Below, piece by piece: positions 51,398 through 64,000 of a stretch of 64,000 nucleotides of DNA (positions are counted from its first letter, which is position 1; every line of letters begins with the position of its first letter). The notes under the pieces are model-generated. The model worked only from the letters and a program-made list of their open reading frames with translations. It ran no database searches and was not told the DNA's origin. A program made the position numbers and the translations under genes. Source of the stretch: Parasitella parasitica NRRL 2501. Its lineage: Eukaryota > Fungi > Mucoromycota. The stretch covers positions 1 through 64,000 of the forward strand of contig MU619289.1 in assembly GCA_025201805.1 (NCBI GenBank). The letters run 5' to 3'.

Positions 51398-52362
51398 ATG
51401 AATAATAATGCCAAAGTTTATCTTCCTCCAATCCAGGATTTGCTGTATCGTAAACCTTTGAATTCATTTTGGAGCAATGAAAATACAGGTAACTTTCTTT
51501 TAATCAACACATTTGTAATATGAAATTTATCTTGGCTTGTATAGATATTTTCTATAAAAAATCCTTTTCAAATTCATCCTGTTTTGCATCGTACCCAAGA
51601 GCGCCTGATCCAGGAACGTATTATGATCAAAACAAAAAAGGAGCTCTACATTATCGAGATCATTCAGCTCAAGCCCAGTATTCGTCAAATCCCTTTTCAA
51701 ATAGGTATTATTATCCATCACTTTGCCATCAAAAGGGTGGTACAGTTTATAATGGTTGGAATGAACGATCGGCAGATGGCTATCGAAAAAAAAATGAATA
51801 CACAGATGATTCACAAGCGAATAAAGCTACCAATGGTACCACCAATGTTCCGAGAAACTATGGAGTTGCTGAGCCCCTGCAGCAAGAACAGAATGTCCAT
51901 AGTCGATCCTTTTCAGATCAATTTCTGCCACGATCTGCTGCATTCGAATATGTTGCTAACAACAAAAGCTTAATTTGTCCAATGTCTGCTGTAGATCCCC
52001 CTCGAAGTTTTCATCGACGTACTGCCTCTGATATGCTATCTTTTTTCGATATCAAGAAAAAGAAATATACTTGTAGCACCAGTAGTGATCAAGCAAAAGA
52101 TAACAACACTTTTACAAACAAAGACGGCCGATCCCTGCTGTCCAAAAAAGCCATCAGTATTAATGCTTACAGATACAAATGCAAAAAATGCTTCAAGGAT
52201 TTTTCCAGACCATCATCACTTAGAATCCATGTTTTATCCCATACTGGAGAAAAACCTCATGTATGCCCTCGACCAGACTGCGGAAGAAGATTTAGTGTTC
52301 AAAGTAACATGAGACGACATTTAAAAGTGCACTCTTGTAACATATCTTTTCAGCAACAGTAA
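51398..52362 (+). CDS. C2H2 zinc-finger transcription factor (two C-terminal fingers; Nrg1/MtfA-like architecture)
   Basis: N-terminal LPPI motif; intron 51489-51544; CKKCFKDFSRPSSLRIHVLSHTGEKPHVCPRPDCGRRFSVQSNMRRHLKVH. Confidence 0.85.
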
Positions 52363-52676
52363 ATACAAACCTTTCCAGTCGACTGCAGAAGTAATCCAAT
52401 CGTCTATACCCCTTCTTTCCCTTCAATTTATATTTACAGAAATAAAAAATCCATGATTTTAATATGGGTGTACTGTAACTTTTAACCCTTTTCTTTTATT
52501 AGAAAAGCAAATTAGTAACGTAGTTTCATGACTATTAAAACAATATGCCCTTTCGATACTTATGATGCATGGAATAACTCTTCAATTGATGCCATTAACA
52601 TCTTCTTGTGACGTCATAGTAGTCGTATAAATGCACTTCTAGCAGAACACGAGCTTGATCAATTTTGTTCATTTTC

Positions 52677-53308
52677 ATGTCTCTCTTCGTGACAGTAGGA
52701 TCCACGGGATTTGATGAGCTCATTCGTCAAACGACCTTGCCAGAGTTCCTGAACTCTTTGCCAAAAGTTGGCATTAAAAAGGTTCTGTATCAGTATGGAT
52801 CTTCTGAACAGGTTATTACGACCAATCTTCAGTCCTATGATGGGGAAATACTACATATTCATAGTTACAAGTATAAAACATCCATTATAGAAGACATGGA
52901 GAAAGCAGACATCATAGTTAGTCATGCAGGTACATATAGCGTTGTCATGACAACCTCAGCTTTTGATAAATGACCATTATTAAGGTAATTGTTAGGTGCC
53001 GGTACAATACTACAGGCATTAAGAATGCATAATAAAAAGCTTATTGTCGTTGTCAACAAGTCACTAATGGATAATCATCAATATCAGCTTGCTCAGGCCA
53101 TGCAAACTAATAATTATGCTATATGTAGCGATTTAAGGCGAGAATTACCTGGCGCTGTTTTATGTAAAGCTTTAACTCATTATTGTCTAACAGTGAATTG
53201 ACGGATACCCTCAAAAATATCAACAATGTCAATCCTACTCCTTTTCCTGCTGCAAACCCCGAAGTATTTGCATCTATCGTTAATGAACAAATGGGGTTTT
53301 CATTATAA
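52677..53308 (+). CDS. ALG13: UDP-GlcNAc transferase catalytic subunit Alg13
   Basis: FVTVGSTGFDELI, ADIIVSHAGAGT, LIVVVNKSLMDNHQ; introns 52930-52995 and 53138-53193 (GC-AG). Confidence 0.92.
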
Positions 53309-53381
53309 AATTGCTTTGTTTCAAACCGTCACTGTTTAGAGCTTCTTCTTTTCCTTGCGTTCTACATAAAAAAGATTAGCT

Positions 53382-54973
53382 ATGAAAATAGTATATGGCT
53401 TGATTGCGCTGTTTTTATCTTGTTTCCATAGTAATCTTGTCTATGCGCAATCGACAACAAAGCAGTTAAATAACAATCAGATAGTGTCAGCATCTGTCGC
53501 AATACATGAATATAATTATTACTACTTTAGTGTTCCAACGACAAACCAGTTATTTAGCAAACGAGACTTGCCAACAATTCATCTCTCCACAACTATCTGT
53601 AATCAGCCAACAGCACCTGCTGATTCCCATGATACTGTTCCACCACTCAATCTTTACGTATCAACATCTATTTCTAACACTTTGCCAGGCCCTGATAATA
53701 GTGTTGCAGTCAATGATTCATCATACGGGCTTATTAAATGGACAAGCAATAACCAGACATCTGAGATTTGGATTGCTGTAGCTGCACCTGCTTTGACAGG
53801 ATCTTGGGTTGGAAATTATACATATGAAATTGGTGTTTCAACAAGTCGTAAGAAACATCCAACAATATCAATAGACAGTATGTAACTAAACCTTGTTTCG
53901 AAATAGAAACAATGCATCCCATATTTATCAATAATGAGAAAAAGGATAATGCAAATATACCATACGTGATCCTAGATGATACAGACAGAAACAATGCTTT
54001 ATTCTTATCGAGCCCAATTCAAAGCAGTTTGCAAAATTTAACATTGCTAGTTACATCTGGTATGCCTGTCGAACTATCTCACTCACTTTGTGCTGCCAAA
54101 CAAAGAACTCTTCCCCTATATAATGTAAATACAACCACCACACACCGTGGCCCTACAAATGGTATTAGACAGCAATTCATGGTGTCCAATCTAACACAAG
54201 ACACATCCTATACCGCATACATGCTCCAACCAGTTCGTTCTGTGACAGGAATGACAACCCCTATCAATTTTGGTACCAAAATCGATGCCAACTGCCGGAT
54301 TATTTATGATCTATCTTTCTGTGATCAAGTGGCTTACAGTGTACCGACTGGTTTAGACTCGTTTGTAAGTAATGACTTGTGGGCACTTGCTCGATTATAC
54401 GATGCACAGGCACAAGAGAAGTTTGGGCCCTTTGATACAGCTTTATCCCAGTATAATTGCGAAACGACTCAATATTCACTGGTACGTAATTGCACAGATT
54501 GTTATCGAGACTATAAGACTTGGCTGTGTGCCGTAACAATACCTCGCTGCACCGATTCTTCTGCAAGCGCCGATTTCAGCCAAGGAACTGATGAAATACG
54601 CGTGGCGCCTGCATTGAGGGATATTTCAGCAAATGCCTCTCGAAATCCCTGGATTGATGAGAGCTTAAAGCCTGGAGAATGGACTGAACTGTTACCTTGT
54701 ATTGATTTATGCTACCATGTTGTACAGAGTTGCCCTCCTTTCATGCAATTTTACTGTCCTAATTCTGATTTGGCCCTCGTACAATATGGATTTTGGCAAA
54801 ATGGAACTGTGTCTATAAATGGAACTTCGTTTCATTTTGACATTAATAACCCTACTTGTAACCGCATGGGTGTTGATCCTATTTTGCTTACTATTGGGTC
54901 TGGAAATCAGTTATACAGTCCAAATCTGCTCATGATTGCTTGCATAGTTAGCGTGCTTTTATTCGCTTTGTAA
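53382..54973 (+). CDS. MID1: Stretch-activated Ca2+ channel component Mid1
   Basis: Signal peptide; intron 53848-53906; Cys-rich NCRIIYDLSFCDQVAYSVP, YSLVRNCTDC, WLCAVTIPRC, ELLPCIDLC. Confidence 0.9.
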
Positions 54974-55564
54974 TTGCAACAGATAAATAAAAGCCTCCGT
55001 TAGTGCACAAGCAATTGATGTCATTGATCGTATCACGCCTACAAATACATACTGATGAACGGTGAGATATGGATTTAATTGTTTCCTTTGCATTGAAATA
55101 TCCCATTCCAAAGGGAGAATAATTTACTCGGCTTGACATGGTTCCATTAAACCAAATACATAGATGCACAATTGATACCGTAAGCACTTGATCAAATTTA
55201 AATCATGTAATCAAAATGCACACAAAAGTAATGTTTGAACAACAAAAAGCGCTTTATACTAAAACATTAGTTGTCAGCATAGTTTGTAATTTGATGTTAG
55301 TGGACTCCAATGACATTTCCTAACCACAACACAATACATGCTCTTCCCTGTTACATTATATACGAGCTGAATGAGGGTCCTCCGATTTTAGCAATTATTG
55401 TTGTACCTAGATGAGGATTGCCCTTCGTAACTCCGTTTTGGCCATTTCTCCTCTTGGTTTCTTTTTTTTTTTTTTTTCCCTTTTTTCCTTTCTTTTGGTT
55501 TTTTTTTTTTTTTTTTGTCCCTTTTTTCCATACATTAGGTTTCTTCTTCTTTCAAGACAAAGTG

Positions 55565-57043
55565 ATGAACTCCGAGTTTGATGATGTGAGTACTGTTATA
55601 TTAAAGATACACTGCCATCAGTAACTAATTTTATCTATTAGGTGTTGACTAATCAACCAGTTGTTATTGATAACGTATTGATTTATTTGTACACGACTTT
55701 GTGCGTTATGTTAACCATGAATTTAAACTATTTTTAGGGCTCAGGTGTTATAAAAGCTGGTTTCGCAGGTGAAGAACAGCCTAAATGCTTTTTTCCTTCA
55801 ATGTAGGAGATGCTTATAAAGACATTTTAATCGATATTGATGAAATTTCTTTTTAGGGTGGGTCGACCAAAGCACGTTCGTATAATGGCAGGTGCTGTTG
55901 AGGGAGACAACTTTATTGGAAGAAAGGCCCAAGAGTTGCGTGGTTTGTTAAAGATCAGATACCCTATTGAGCATGGCATTGTCACAGATTGGGAGGATAT
56001 GGAGCGTATTTGGCAGTACATCTACACTGATGAGCTCAAAACACTTTCTGAAGAGGTAGAGTAGCCATGATCATACCTACGTAATCGACCTCTCATTGCA
56101 AATCTTAGCATCCTGTATTATTGACCGAAGCACCTTTGAATCCTCGTGGAAACAGAGATACCGCTGCTCAGATATTCTTTGAAACATTCAATGTGCCTGC
56201 ATTATTTACTTCGATCCAAGCAGTTCTCAGTTTGTAAGCAACTAGGAAATAACTGATATCATCGAGGGAAACTGATGAAAACCCTCCCTAGGTACTCTTC
56301 TGGCAGAACTACTGGTATTGTTCTTGACTCTGGTGATGGTGTCACACATGCAGTACCTGTTTACGAAGGTTTTGCAATTCCACACGCAATTCGTAGAGTG
56401 GACATTGCTGGTAGAGATGTAACAGAGTACTTGCAATTGCTGTTGAGAAAATCTGGCTACAATTTTCATACTACGGCCGAAAAAGAAGTTGTTCGCATCA
56501 TTAAAGAAAAGACATGTTACATTGCACTGAATCCAGCAAAGGAAGAAAAGGAGACGAGTGGCAAAGTCGATGACTTTATGTTGCCTGATGGAAATATTAT
56601 CAAGGTAAATATATTTCACAATGCAGTATTGGTCAGTTGATGCTCATGTTTTATGCTACCAAAAGCTGGGTGCTGAAAGATTCCGTGCACCTGAAATTTT
56701 GTTCCAGCCTGAGCTTATTGGAGAGGAATACCCTGGTATCCATCAAGTTATTGTGGATTGTATTGGTCGTGCAGATCTTGATTTAAGAAAATCGCTTTAT
56801 TCCAACGTTGTTTTGTCTGGAGGCTCAACATTATGTAAAGGTTTTGGTGAGCGTCTTTTATCAGAGATTAAGCGACTTGCATTGAAGGATATCAAGATAA
56901 AAATCTATGCTCCCCCTGAACGTAAATATAGCACATGGATTGGCGGTTCAATTTTGGCTTCGCTTAGCACGTTTAAAAAGATGTGGGTTTCTGCAGAAGA
57001 ATATCAAGAAGATCCTGATATTATTCACAAAAAGACGTTTTAG
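55565..57043 (+). CDS. ARP1: Actin-related protein Arp1 (centractin, dynactin)
   Basis: NQPVVIDN|[50 protein letters not shown]; multi-exon. Confidence 0.92.
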
Positions 57044-57567
57044 GCTCTTTTCTTTATATCCATTTTATATATACACATGCTCATCCGACTTTCTTCTTTT
57101 TTACAAGAAAAAATATTTAATTAATTAAAAAATATTTCGTTATGTTTTATGGATGATTACAGCTAAATGATCAAGTTGCAGTGCGTGTTTGGTGCTTTCG
57201 TACAAAGAATACAAAGGTGTGTGAGGAAGTACCAAATCAGTTATATAATTTAATGTTGTACCAAAAAATACTGTAGAGATGATTCGCACAAGTACGTCGC
57301 TTTATCATTTTTGCCTAAACATCTTTTTATGGTAGTCGATGATCATTACTACAGTTGCATATGTAGACTATTGTCTTGACTTCTTTTAATGTGAAAATCT
57401 ATATCAATGTCATCAAGAGTTCTGAAAGAAGAAAGACCCTATTTATTTATCGATGCATCGTACTTTATCTGGTTTTTGAGATATATTCTTTTCTTGAAAA
57501 AAAATTTACATGTAAAAAGAAACTCAAGTAAAAGCTTTAAAGGTATCATCTTATTTGTAATAAAATG

Positions 57568-60388
57568 CTATGCCAAATAATGATAAGCTCGTCTGAAAAC
57601 AGAAGATAATAATTAAAATAATAATAGTTAGTATTGTCAATAGTCAGATCTTTTCTTGTTAAAAATTATTTACCTATCCTCTGCGCTTCTTTCCAGGTAT
57701 TCACGATCAATCAAAGCCTCAATACGTTTTTTGATCATGACAGGACTAGGCATAAACCTCGAACTTAACTGCTTTGTTACTTCTGAAACCAATAAATTGT
57801 GCTCCATCAGCTTTCTATCCTTCATGATTCGCACAACGGAAGCCTCGATTTGGTGTTTACGCTCTTCGTCCACCTTATCTTGTGTATTCTTGCGTTCTCC
57901 ATCATTCTCCACTTTAGAAGCTAGTGCCTGAATTTTAATACGCGCCATATTGGAGGTGAAATCATTGTTGAATGAAAATGTATCGTCCGCCAGAATTTCC
58001 CTTCCTTTGGATGACTTTGTGAGTATCTTATATTTGGCACACGCAAGTGATTGTAACGTCCTCTTTAGATCTTGATCCGCAATTTGTGTATAACTCTTGA
58101 TATCGTCCCACGATAAAGTATCATTGGTATTAAATAATATCAATACAATCATAGCATAAGTGGACACGTTGAGTAAATGTTTCCCCTTTTTGAAAAGAGC
58201 ACGAATATCAGCGGATCCCATTTGAGGCTGCCATGTTAAGCGACGACCGCTATGTCTATCAAAATAAAAATGCTCGAACGAATTGCATGCTTGTGTGACA
58301 TTAGCAGGCATGATGCATTTTGGTGAAGCTGAAAGATTCATTGGCCAAAACGTTGACGTGAGCACTGTTACGGAAGCATCTAATGCGAGCTTGCCAGCTT
58401 CAGGCTTTGCCTTTTCGAGGTGTTCTTTGAAAGCTATACTCATTTCCGTAGATAATTTCATATCATTAAACATGCCCTCCAACTTGTTTGTGAATTGGTA
58501 GCCGCATTCCCTCTAAAACAAAACAAAAAAAAGGGAAATGGATTAAAAAATATAATACTGTCTCGAAACTAGTTTACCTTTAACTTTGAGAGCATGCCTC
58601 TTTCAGCATCATCGGAAACGCTCTTGTTCAATAATAAACGCTTCGCTAAATGCTGTTTATAATAGCGTTCAAATACATCCTTGTCTTGTAAGAATCGGAA
58701 CAATGTAATCGTTTTATCAAGTATATCGTCCACTTCATCCTCTGATTTCTAAAGGTTGAAAAATATAGATTAGACATAATACTGATTTCATTTGAAATCC
58801 ACTTACGCCTTTGAGGCCCTTTTTCAAATTCTCGTCGATAAATAATGAAATGAATTCGGACGATTTTTGGTTTGCATTAATAAACTTTTCAAATGCTTCA
58901 TTGAAAGCAGTTTGAAACGATTTATCTTTACTGGTAGCCAAATCTAAAATTTTGTCAAACTTGTTTTGAAGTGTCAAAACCTCCATGACCCAGTTAATGG
59001 CGATGCTGCTGGAACCTTTTTCAACTTTGGATTTTAAATCGCTCATGATGTGTTGATTGATTTCCGCTCCCAATGTCAGAATATAATTGCTTATAGAGGC
59101 TCTCATTTCGTTCAGGCCAGCTGGAACTCGTGAAAACAAACTGTACATACGTGACAAATCTTATCAATTGTGAGTATGTTGCTCTAAATTATGATGTTGA
59201 AAATTTTACCTCCATATTTATCTGCTGTCAACATACTATCAAGACCTGAATTTTTCATCTGCCAATTCACAAATAGGTTCAATATTTTCCAGCAATTATC
59301 TTCAATTCAAGCTTTCCCGCATATATACCTCCATCAATGTCTTCAAGTTGTTTGCTATTAATTGAGTCTCGACAATTGTACGTATTTTCAACTCTGTGGT
59401 CACAGCTAAACAATGCACTGTGCGTTCGTATTCCTCTTCTAGTCTTTTTTCGACCTAAGTTTCTAGGTATTAATAGTTTTGTAAGCTTTCTTTGGTTTTT
59501 GCATAAATTACCTTCCGCATAAATTCAGGTGCATCATACGAGGAGACTAATTTTTGGCTCTCGATCTGATAATACGAGGTAGTTGTAACCAGATAGGTCG
59601 CCTCAAAGTCAATCGCGTATACAGTTAACTTTGTATCTGGATCAGTCAGTTGAACCAACATGGAAACGGCAGATTGAATTGCGCTTCTATCAATGACATC
59701 TCCATTGCGTTCCAATTGAATTTGTGTCAACATGGCTGAAATTAAATGCTTTTGAATTGGATACTGTTTGGAGCGTATGACTTTATCACGGAAAAGATTG
59801 AGTCCCATCTCATCGACGCTTGGTAAGTTGTATTTTGGTAATCTATCATTCTATAAGAAAGAAAATGAATTTCCAAGAATTCTTATTTTGAAAAATGCTT
59901 TTTGCATACCAGGTAGTATAGAACTTGCAAAATAAGGTCAATTGCAGCCTTGTAATCATCCCATACTTTCTTTACGGCTTTTAGAAAAGAAGCACCTTCA
60001 TCAGCAGTGCTGGTTTCGACGGAAGTGTTGATGAATGCAGGTACAATGGCTTGTTCCGCAATGCTTTCCAAGTAGTTGGCAATGACCTTCTCAACATCGT
60101 GATATAAACGCTCTCCAAATTGTCGAATCGTAAGTTTGTACGCTGTACGATAGAGCAATTCGTACGATAATTCTCTGGCTTGTTTCTGGAATATTACCGT
60201 AATGGCGTTACTAAGTATTTCAAAGCCTTCGTCATATTCCTGAGTATGGTCCATCGCCAACTACAAAAATTACGTACACAGTAAATAAGACAGCTTCGAT
60301 ATCATTAAGTTTCCAAAAAAAAAAAAAAAAAATAAGCCAAACTTACTGCACGCTTTACAGGTCTGATTCTTCCTTTTTTCAGAGACAT
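57568..60388 (-). CDS. CUL3: Cullin-3
   Basis: [37 protein letters not shown], neddylation motif [14 protein letters not shown]-terminal YHYLA; multi-exon. Confidence 0.92.
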
Positions 60389-60575
60389 TATACCTTGCTT
60401 TTACTATATAAAAAGGATGTAATGATGAGGGAAAGGAAGATGAAAAAGCATTGCGAATGTTGGAGGTGCTTATAGAGAAAAGTTCTGTCATTCAAATTCC
60501 GTGATACTCTCATAGCCTCATAATGGCAATGATCCCTTGCTCTTTTTGCTTGATTTTTTTCTCCAGCCATCAATC

Positions 60576-60812
60576 ATGAAACCTACCAAAAGTATCTCTG
60601 CGATTGCAAAAGGCGTCGCTTCATGCCCAGCTCAAGCAGCAGCGTATGGAAAGTGTATTGCATCAAGCTACAAGGATGTTCAAAAGGATATGTGTCAGAA
60701 AGAATTTTTGGCATTCAAGCAATGCGTTCAGCAAGTTGTAAGTCTTTTTCATATCACTGTTCGTTTTTCAACTGATTCCCAATGGTTAATTTAGATGAAA
60801 AAGAAATGGTGA
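60576..60812 (+). CDS. Twin CX9C mitochondrial IMS protein (NDUFAF8-like, 59 aa)
   Basis: C-PAQAAAYGK-C and C-QKEFLAFKQ-C; intron 60738-60794; ends MKKKW*. Confidence 0.8.
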
Positions 60813-61041
60813 ACAGTACCCTGACAATGTAAAATAGATAATAGTACTAGTTAAAATACCATGAATAAAAACTCTTTGTAAATCCTTCAGATATTCTGCT
60901 GATTGACATTTCGTCAATGTTATTGGTCCCAAAAGAGGAGTGAGAAGCAAGGAAACATTAATTCAACTGATGGATAAACCCCTGATATTTTCTTTTTCTC
61001 TTGACCCCAACTCTTAATTTATTTTATTTATTTCTGACTAA

Positions 61042-62243
61042 ATGGCCACTACAGCCGTTACTACTGCTGATGATGAACCCAAGGCTACTGTCTTGGAAGT
61101 ATCTCCCGTACAAGAAGAACATAAAGTAAAGTGTGATAATTTGTTTACAATTCACATTAATAATCTTTTTATTTAGGTGTTTATTGGTAATCTGTCTTTC
61201 AAGACTACTAAAGAAGCCCTCGTTTCGTTTGCCTCGTCATCCGGGAAAGTGTAAGTTTTTTTAGCCAGTTTGTACGAGTATTATTTCTCAAGTATTTTTT
61301 GGTGTGCAGTTTGGATGCAACCATCATTACCAAGTATAAACGCTCTCTTGGTTATGGATTTATCACATTCGAAACAGAGAAGGAAGCTGAGCAGGCAGCA
61401 AAAGATCTCGATACCAAATCATTGGATGGCCGTGAAATCAATGTTGAAGTCGCTCGCCCCAAACCAGAACCAACTGCGAATGTACCTAAAAAAACAGGCA
61501 AATCAAAGCGTAATGCATACCGTCGCAGTAAGACTGCTGCAGCTTTATCAACCAAAGAATCAACGATCAAGAAAGAAGAAGGAGAGCATATCGCGCCTGT
61601 CAAAAAGGAAAAGTCTACTAAAAAGGAAGGGAAAGTAAAGAAAGAGGTGCCCCTAAAGAAGGAGACTCCCGCTACTTCCACTGCCACTGACGGTCCAGCT
61701 GCCAATACTGATCCCACTGCTGTGACGTCAAATGAACAAGAGCAAGAGCAAGAGCAAGAGCAAGAGCAAGAGCAAGAGCTAGAAAAGTCTCCCGAGCAAA
61801 TTGCTAAAGAGGGTGCTGCTCGTCGTAAACGTAACCAAAAAAACAAGAAACGCCTAAACAAGAAGTCTGCCGAGAAAGCTACGCGTGCCAGCGAGCCATC
61901 CAAGACCACTTTGTTTGTGGCCAATTTACCTTATGTTACTACAGATGATGATTTGTACGGAATCTTTAAAGACTACAAACTGGTTTCTGCTCATGTGGCT
62001 CGTATGAACAATGGATGCTCAAAGGGGTATGGATTTGTGGAATTCGAAAATGAGCAAGAGCGATCAAAGGCAATTGAGTCCATAAAGGATGTTGTGCTGG
62101 AAGGCCGTTCTATATATTTAAAGGTTGCTCTCGCCCACCAAAAATTGTTGACTGGGGAAAATAACGATGAAATCGAGAAGAAAGAGGAGATGTCTCCTGG
62201 CGATTCAGCTGTTGATGCTCTTAAAGTAGAGGATACCAAATAA
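61042..62243 (+). CDS. Two-RRM nucleic-acid-binding protein with a Lys-rich linker
   Basis: RNP2 VFIGNL and LFVANL; RNP1 LGYGFITF and KGYGFVEF; two short 5' introns. Confidence 0.85.
61734..61775 (+). repeat. Coding hexanucleotide repeat (GAGCAA)n encoding (EQ)7
   Basis: GAACAA followed by six GAGCAA. Confidence 0.9.
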
Positions 62244-62582
62244 TAATAAAAGCTGCTTGCACCAACAATGATATAGCATATAGTTTAAAGCGCTTGTGAT
62301 TTATTGTGCTAATTATTGGGTTCAATAGACAAAAATTGATTGTTCTGTGTAAAGGAAGCCAGATCAAGTACATCGAATTCCTCGCGTTACTTTGTCCAAT
62401 AAATCAGGATTATCTAATGCAACCTGAACTTCATCCCAGAAATCCTTTCAGTATCCTATTAATAAATTTCAGTTTTCTTTTATTTTTAATGTAGCTTGAT
62501 ATCAAAAATGACAAATAAGCGGGTATTCATGCCAACTGCTGTCGTTTGGATTTGTTGTTTATTTACAATAGAAAATTAGAAT

Positions 62583-62623
62583 ATAAAGAATAAAGAATAA
62601 AGAATAAAGAATAAAGAATAAAG
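62583..62623. repeat. (ATAAAGA)n heptanucleotide tandem repeat
   Basis: About 5-6 copies between two convergent genes. Confidence 0.85.
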
Positions 62624-62724
62624 GTTGCCCAATCTCTGATACACTGTCATAATACCAAAGTTCTGAACAATAACGCAAGTAATAAAAATTGTGTGATTAA
62701 TGAAATCAAAAAATGGTGGTCTCT

Positions 62725-64000
62725 TCAAGATGAGACGCTTTCTTTTTCAGAAACATCTCCCTTCTTGTCTGGCGTGTGAGTAAAGACATCCTTCGTCTTT
62801 TCGTCGTAATCAGAGTCAGTGGCAGCTTTGGCAGCCGCAAGCTCCTTTTTCGCATTCCAAACAAGCAACGATTTAGTAGAAAAGACAACATCCAGTTCTT
62901 CCAATGTCTTATTGCTAGTTTCAGGGTATAAAGCCCATACGATGGGAATGGCAATGAAATTGAAAGCAGCAAATATCAAAAAGGTGATCCATCCTAAACC
63001 TGCAATCATAGGAGGAGTGATTTCCATGACAAGCGCATTGCCGATCGACCAGCCCACAACAGAGTAGGCGCCACCCTTTCCACGTACTTTGGTAGGGTAA
63101 ATTTCAACAGGATATAACCAAGGCACAGTCAACCATGTCATACCAAAGAAAGCAGTGTATAAAAAGGTAAATACAGTGGCACCAATACCATAACCAAGTG
63201 GATTTTGACCCATAATCTCGGGCTTTGTCAGGACAGCAACCATAATAAGCGAGATACCTTGGCAAACAGCACCATAGAACAATGTAAATCTTCTGCCCCA
63301 TTTATCAAGCGTAAATACAGCAACAAGGGTGGCAAGCATATAAGAAACGTTGTTGATGCCAGACAGCAGTTGAGCAGTTCTCTCGGAGAAACCTGCACTT
63401 GTGAATACCAAAGGTGCATAGACAGTGATCACTGCTATACCAGTCAATTCTTGAATTATTTGCAGCCACACAGATAACTGAACTCGACGGGAAATGTTCA
63501 ATTTGTCCTTCTTGAAAAGCATGCTAATATAACCAGGCTCGCCCTCGCTCTCTTCCCGTTTGATACTAGTGATGATATCGTCGTACTCTTTCAAGACATC
63601 AGGATGATTTGGATCGCCACCACCACGGAGAGCAGCCAAAATTTCAAGACCCTCATCAGTGCGTCCTTTCTTTAATAGGTACCGGGGACTTTCAGGGAAG
63701 AAATTAATACCAACAGCGAGGATAACCAATGGAATCAGTTGAAAGGCAATAGGAAATCTCCATCTAAAACCTCCATCAACGAATGACAAACCATATGCCA
63801 ACCAATACTATAGATTGGAAATTCTTTGAGTTTATACACTGTGTAAAAGCTTAAACTCCTTTACTAGGACTTACAGCAACAACAACACCAAATATATTTA
63901 GTGTAAATTCAGAAGCCAGCATGGCACCACGAGATGTGTGATGAGATGTTTCAGCGCTCCAAACAGGCACCACAGCATTACTACCAAAAGTTAATACTTT
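62725..64000 (-). CDS. MFS sugar porter (Stl1-like), 5' end outside the window
   Basis: WRFPIAFQ, PESPRYL, QELTG, DKWGRR, PETSNKTLEELD; further exon pieces up to the window end. Confidence 0.9.

Noticed and set aside
62583-62623. Short tandem repeats as a CRISPR or telomeric array
   Set aside because: Simple microsatellite with no spacers, in an internal eukaryotic context.

Overview
Eukaryotic, AT-rich, gene-dense fungal DNA with many short (about 50-90 nt) spliceosomal introns. Gene content and intron style point to a Mucorales fungus (Mucor-like; inferred, not proven). About 29 protein-coding genes can be rebuilt by joining ORF-track pieces across splice sites. The main feature is a tandem array of three full-length SPX-VTC-DUF202 (Vtc4-type polyphosphate polymerase) paralogs at 2.3-11.4 kb. 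All three keep the catalytic FSK lysine, and the middle one is strongly remodelled. Also notable: a MirB-type siderophore transporter that looks ascomycete-like and has a palindromic double SreA/GATA site upstream; two structured introns in RPS22/RPS15A; a 64-aa spliced microprotein head-to-head with a divergent CDC27-like gene; GC-AG introns; and a degenerate dispersed repeat at 1-330 and 48.7-49.5 kb. The rest is mostly housekeeping (SEC5, ERT1, NOP7, ALG13, MID1, ARP1, CUL3). I could not support any tRNA, rRNA, CRISPR array or intact transposase. Family assignments come from motif recognition only; no database searches were run.
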